NCBI GenBank assembly: GCA_964057225.1
Contig: OZ059895.1
Location: 23,870,001-23,934,000 of the forward strand
Source: Auanema rhodensis
Taxonomy: Eukaryota; Animalia; Nematoda
Direction: 5' to 3'
DNA length: 64,000 nucleotides
Part shown: in pieces, positions 58,001 to 64,000 of the stretch
Layout of the letters: each line of letters starts with the position of its first letter
Position numbering within the stretch: the first letter of the stretch is position 1
Program-made: the position numbers and the translations under genes
Notes under the pieces: generated by a model
Databases searched by the model: none
What the model saw: only the letters and a program-made list of their open reading frames with translations
What the model was told of the DNA's origin: nothing

Positions 58001-61000
58001 GAAATTTACGTGAACTTTAATTTATGCTAATTAAATGTACACGTGATGTGCACTTGGTATGTAACTCGCTTCACGTGAAAGATAAAGAGATGCGGTTTTC
58101 AAAATTAGATTCCCCCTGTCCATATTAGTCTAAAAACAAATTTTTATTGATATTGCTTCATGGTAACCATGACTTTGAAATTTACGTGAACTTTAATTTA
58201 TGCTAATTAAATGTACACGTGATGTGCACTTGGTATGTAACTCGCTTCACGTGAAAGATAAAGAGATGCGGTTTTCAAAATTAGATTCCCCCTGTCCATA
58301 TTAGTCTAAAAACAAATTTTTATTGATATTGGTGCATGGTAACCATGACTTTGAAATTTACGTGAACTTTAATTTATGCTAATTAAATGTACACGTGATG
58401 TGCACTTGGTATGTAACTCGCTTCACGTGAAAGATAAAGAGATGCGGTTTTCACAATTAGATTCCCCATGTCCATATTAGTCTAAAAACAAATTTTTATT
58501 GATATTGGTGCATGGTAACCATGACTTTGAAATTTACGTGAACTTTAATTTATGCTAATTAAATGTACACGTGATGTGCACTTGGTATGTAACTCGCTTC
58601 ACGTGAAAGATAAAGAGATGCGGTTTTCAAAATTAGATTCCCCATGTCCATATTAGTCTAAAAACAAATTTTTATTGATATTGCTTCATGGTAACCATGA
58701 CTTTGAAATTTACGTGAACTTTAATTTATGCTAATTAAATGTACACGTGATGTGCACTTGGTATGTAACTCGCTTCACGTGAAAGATAAAGAGATGCGGT
58801 TTTCAAAATTAGATTCCCCATGTCCATATTAGTCTAAAAACAAATTTTTATTGATATTGGTGCATGGTAACCATGACTTTGAAATTTACGTGAACTTTAA
58901 TTTATGCTAATTAAATGTACACTTGATGTGCACTTGGTATGTAACTCGCTTCACGTGAAAGATGAAGAGATGCGGTTCTTAAAATTAGATTCCCCATGTC
59001 CATATTAGTCTAAAAACAAATTTTTATTGATATTGGTGCATGGTAACCATGACTTTGAAATTTACGTGAACTTTAATTTATGCTAATTAAATGTACACGT
59101 GATGTGCACTTGGTATGTAACTCGCTTCACGTGAAAGATAAAGAGATGCGGTTTTCAAAATTAGATTCCCCATGTCCATATTAGTCTAAAAACAAATTTT
59201 TATTGATATTGGTTCATGGTAACCATGACTTTGAAATTTACGTGAACTTTAATTTATGCTAATTAAATGTACACGTGATGTGCACTTGGTATGTAACTCG
59301 CTTCACGTGAAAGATAAAGAGATGCGGTTTTCAAAATTAGATTCCCCATGTCCATATTAGTCTAAAAACAAATTTTTATTGATATTGGTTCATGGTAACC
59401 ATGACTTTGAAATTTACGTGAACTTTAATTTATGCTAATTAAATGTACACGTGATGTGCACTTGGTATGTAACTCGCTTCACGTGAAAGATAAAGAGATG
59501 CGGTTTTCAAAATTAGATTCCCCATGTCCATATTAGTCTAAAAACAAATTTTTATTGATATTGGTGCATGGTAACCATGACTTTGAAATTTACGTGAACT
59601 TTAATTTATGCTAATTAAATGTACACGTGATGTGCACTTGGTATGTAACTCGCTTCACGTGAAAGATAAAGAGATGCTTTTTTCAAAATTAGATTCCCCA
59701 TGTCCATATTAGTCTAAAAACAAATTTTTATTGATATTGGTGCATGGTAACCATGACTTTGAAATTTACGTGAACTTTAATTTATGCTAATTAAATGTAC
59801 ACTTGATGTGCACTTGGTATGTAACTCGCTTCACGTGAAAGATGAAGAGATGCGGTTTTCACAATTAGATTCCCCATGTCCATATTAGTCTAAAAACAAA
59901 TTTTTATTGATATTGGTGCATGGTAACCATGACTTTGAAATTTACGTGAACTTTAATTTATGCTAATTAAATGTACACGTGATGTGCACTTGGTATGTAA
60001 CTCGCTTCACGTGAAAGATAAAGAGATGCGGTTTTCAAAATTAGATTCCCCATGTCCATATTAGTCTAAAAACAAATTTTTATTGATATTGGTTCATGGT
60101 AACCATGACTTTGAAATTTACGTGAACTTTAATTTATGCTAATTAAATGTACACGTGATGTGCACTTGGTATGTAACTCGCTTCACGTGAAAGATAAAGA
60201 GATGCGGTTTTCAAAATTAGATTCCCCATGTCCATATTAGTCTAAAAACAAATTTTTATTGATATTGGTGCATGGTAACCATGACTTTGAAATTTACGTG
60301 AACTTTAATTTATGCTAATTAAATGTACACGTGATGTGCACTTGGTATGTAACTCGCTTCACGTGAAAGATAAAGAGATGCGGTTTTCAAAATTAGATTC
60401 CCCATGTCCATATTAGTCTAAAAACAAATTTTTATTGATATTGCTTCATGGTAACCATGACTTTGAAGTTTACGTGAACTTTAATTTATGCTAATTAAAT
60501 GTACACGTGATGTGCACTTGGTATGTAACTCGCTTCACGTGAAAGATAAAGAGATGCGGTTTTCAAAATTAGATTCCCCATGTCCATATTAGTCTAAAAA
60601 CAAATTTTTATTGATATTGGTTCATGGTAACCATGACTTTGAAATTTACGTGAACTTTAATTTATGCTAATTAAATGTACACGTGATGTGCACTTGGTAT
60701 GTAACTCGCTTCACGTGAAAGATAAAGAGATGCGGTTTTCAAAATTAGATTCCCCATGTCCATATTAGTCTAAAAACAAATTTTTATTGATATTGGTGCA
60801 TGGTAACCATGACTTTGAAATTTACGTGAACTTTAATTTATGCTAATTAAATGTACACTTGATGTGCACTTGGTATGTAACTCGCTTCACGTGAAAGATG
60901 AAGAGATGCGGTTTTCAAAATTAGATTCCCCATGTCCATATTAGTCTAAAAACAAATTTTTATTGATATTGGTGCATGGTAACCATGACTTTGAAATTTA

Positions 61001-64000
61001 CGTGAACTTTAATTTATGCTAATTAAATGTACACGTGATGTGCACTTGGTATGTAACTCGCTTCACGTGAAAGATAAAGAGATGCGGTTTTCAAAATTAG
61101 ATTCCCCATGTCCATATTAGTCTAAAAACAAATTTTCATTGATATTGGTGCATGGTAACCATGACTTTGAAATTTACGTGAACTTTAATCTATGCTAATT
61201 AAATGTACACGTGATGTGCACTTGGTATGTAACTCGCTTCACGTGAAAGATAAAGAGATGCGGTTTTCAAAATTAGATTCCCCATGTCCATATTAGTCTA
61301 AACACAAATTTTTATTGATATTGGTTCATGGTAACCATGACTTTGAAATTTACGTGAACTTTAATTTATGCTAATTAAATGTACACGTGATGTGCACTTG
61401 GTATGTAACTCGCTTCACGTGAAAGATAAAGAGATGCGGTTTTCAAAATTAGATTCCCCATGTCCATATTAGTCTAAAAACAAATTTTTATTGATATTGG
61501 TGCATGGTAACCATGACTTTGAAATTTACGTGAACTTTAATTTATGCTAATTAAATGTACACGTGATGTGCACTTGGTATGTAACTCGCTTCACGTGAAA
61601 GATAAAGAGATGCGGTTTTCAAAATTAGATTCCCCATGTCCATATTAGTCTAAAAACAAATTTTTATTGATATTGGTTCATGGTAACCATGACTTTGAAA
61701 TTTACGTGAACTTTAATTTATGCTAATTAAATGTACACGTGATGTGCACTTGGTATGCAACTCGCTTCACGTGAAAGATAAAGAGATGCGGTTTTCAAAA
61801 TTAGATTCCCCATGTCCATATTAGTCTAAAAACAAATTTTTATTGATATTGGTGCATGGTAACCATGACTTTGAAATTTACGTGAACTTTAATTTATGCT
61901 AATTAAATGTACACGTGATGTGCACTTGGTATGTAACTCGCTTCACGTGAAAGATAAAGAGATGCGGTTTTCAAAATTAGATTCCCCATGTCCATATTAG
62001 TCTAAAAACAAATTTTTATTGATATTGGTTCATGGTAACCATGACTTTGAAATTTACGTGAACTTTAATTTATGCTAATTAAATGTACACGTGATGTGCA
62101 CTTGGTATGTAACTCGCTTCACGTGAAAGATAAAGAGATGCGGTTTTCAAAATTAGATTCCCCATGTCCATATTAGTCTAAAAACAAATTTTTATTGATA
62201 TTGGTGCATGGTAACCATGACTTTGAAATTTACGTGAACTTTAATTTATGCTAATTAAATGTACACTTGATGTGCACTTGGTATGTAACTCGCTTCACGT
62301 GAAAGATGAAGAGATGCGGTTTTCAAAATTAGATTCCCCATGTCCATATTAGTCTAAAAACAAATTTTTATTGATATTGGTGCATGGTAACCATGACTTT
62401 GAAATTTACGTGAACTTTAATTTATGCTAATTAAATGTACACGTGATGTGCACTTGGTATGTAACTCGCTTCACGTGAAAGATAAAGAGATGCGGTTTTC
62501 AAAATTAGATTCCCCATGTCCATATTAGTCTAAAAACAAATTTTCATTGATATTGGTGCATGGTAACCATGACTTTGAAATTTACGTGAACTTTAATTTA
62601 TGCTAATTAAATGTACACGTGATGTGCACTTGGTATGTAACTCGCTTCACGTGAAAGATAAAGAGATGCGGTTTTCAAAATTAGATTCCCCATGTCCATA
62701 TTAGTCTAAACTCAAATTTTTATTGATATTGGTTCATGGTAACCATGACTTTGAAATTTACGTGAACTTTAATTTATGCTAATTAAATGTACACGTGATG
62801 TGCACTTGGTATGTAACTCGCTTCACGTGAAAGATAAAGAGATGCGGTTTTCAAAATTAGATTCCCCATGTCCATATTAGTCTAAAAACAAATTTTTATT
62901 GATATTGGTGCATGGTAACCATGACTTTGAAATTTACGTGAACTTTAATTTATGCTAATTAAATGTACACGTGATGTGCACTTGGTATGTAACTCGCTTC
63001 ACGTGAAAGATAAAGAGATGCGGTTTTCAAAGTTAGATTCCCCATGTCCATATTAGTCTAAAAACGAATTTTTATTGATATTGGTGCATGGTAACCACGA
63101 CTTTGAAATTTACGTGAACTTTAATTTATGCTAATTAAATGTACACGTGATGTGCACTTGGTATGTAACTCGCTTCACGTGAAAGATGAAGAGATGCGGT
63201 TTTTAAAATTAGATTCCCCATGTCCATATTAGTCTAAAAACAAATTTTTATTGATATTGGTGCATGGTAACCATGACTTTGAAATTTACGTGAACTTTAA
63301 TTTATGCTAATTAAATGTACACGTGATGTGCACTTGGTATGTAACTCGCTTCACGTGAAAGATAAAGAGATGCGGTTTTCAAAATTAGATTCCCCATGTC
63401 CATATTAGTCTAAAAACAAATTTTCATTAATATTGGTGCATGGTAACCATGACTTTGAAATTTACGTGAACTTTAATTTATGCTAATTAAATGTACACGT
63501 GATGTGCACTTGGTATGTAACTCGCTTCACGTGAAAGATAAAGAGATGCGGTTTTCAAAATTAGATTCCCCATGTCCATATTAGTCTAAACACAAATTTT
63601 TATTGATATTGGTTCATGGTAACCATGACTTTGAAATTTACGTGAACTTTAATTTATGCTAATTAAATGTACACGTGATGTGCACTTGGTATGTAACTCG
63701 CTTCACGTGAAAGATAAAGAGATGCGGTTTTCAAAATTAGATTCCCCATGTGCATATTAGTCTAAAAACAAATTTTTATTGATATTGGTGCATGGTAACC
63801 ATGACTTTGAAATTTACGTGAACTTTAATTTATGCTAATTAAATGTACACGTGATGTGCACTTGGTATGTAACTCGCTTCACGTGAAAGATAAAGAGATG
63901 CGGTTTTCAAAGTTAGATTCCCCATGTCCATATTAGTCTAAAAACGAATTTTTATTGATATTGGTGCATGGTAACCACGACTTTGAAATTTACGTGAACT

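Larger units (their letters stand above)
1..64000. repeat. 176-bp tandem satellite DNA array (~363.6 monomers, head-to-tail), candidate centromeric/pericentromeric satellite; extends beyond both window ends
   Basis: The monomer start GATAAAGAGATGCGG recurs at 1, 177, 353 and so on. It is still in exact register at 2641, 5281, 26401, 52801 and 63361 (=360x176+1). The consensus has 56/176 G+C. No unique sequence was seen. The centromeric role is inferred only from monomer size and homogeneity. Confidence 0.99.

Noticed and set aside
1-64000. CRISPR array or other repeat-spacer system
   Set aside because: There are no unique spacers: the whole 176 bp is repeated. No cas or other genes are present.
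1-64000. Pure assembly or sequencing artefact (concatemer or rolling-circle read)
   Set aside because: Variants are structured into ordered, nested, position-specific haplotypes with private mutations and no indels, unlike random read error on a single template. The copy number of individual blocks still needs read validation.
1-64000. Information-bearing code in the T/G dimorphism at monomer position 78
   Set aside because: The pattern follows the duplicated blocks and domains already described. I found no independent periodicity.

Overview
The whole 64,000-bp window is one uninterrupted head-to-tail array of a 176-bp AT-rich (~32% GC) satellite monomer, about 363.6 copies (363 complete plus 112 bp). 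All copies are in the same orientation. I see no genes, transposon insertions, inversions or CRISPR spacers. Consensus, numbered from window position 1: GATAAAGAGATGCGGTTTTCAAAATTAGATTCCCCATGTCCATATTAGTCTAAAAACAAATTTTTATTGATATTGGT[T/G]CATGGTAACCATGACTTTGAAATTTACGTGAACTTTAATTTATGCTAATTAAATGTACACGTGATGTGCACTTGGTATGTAACTCGCTTCACGTGAAA. Monomers typically differ from this consensus by 0-4 substitutions, and the 176-bp register is never broken. Monomer length, homogeneity and organisation resemble a eukaryotic (peri)centromeric satellite; this is inference, and I cannot name the family or organism. The informative structure lies in the point variants. They define local higher-order repeats (5-, 6-, 7-, 11-, 13-, 15-, 16-, 17- and 18-mers, plus 36- and 46/47-monomer segmental duplications). 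They also define a layered domain structure in which variants of the left end reappear at the right end, around a distinct central subfamily. The three 60-aa ORFs are by-products of one TAG>TAT variant monomer. Variants are named by monomer position (e.g. T51G). They were read by eye, so rare ones may have been missed.
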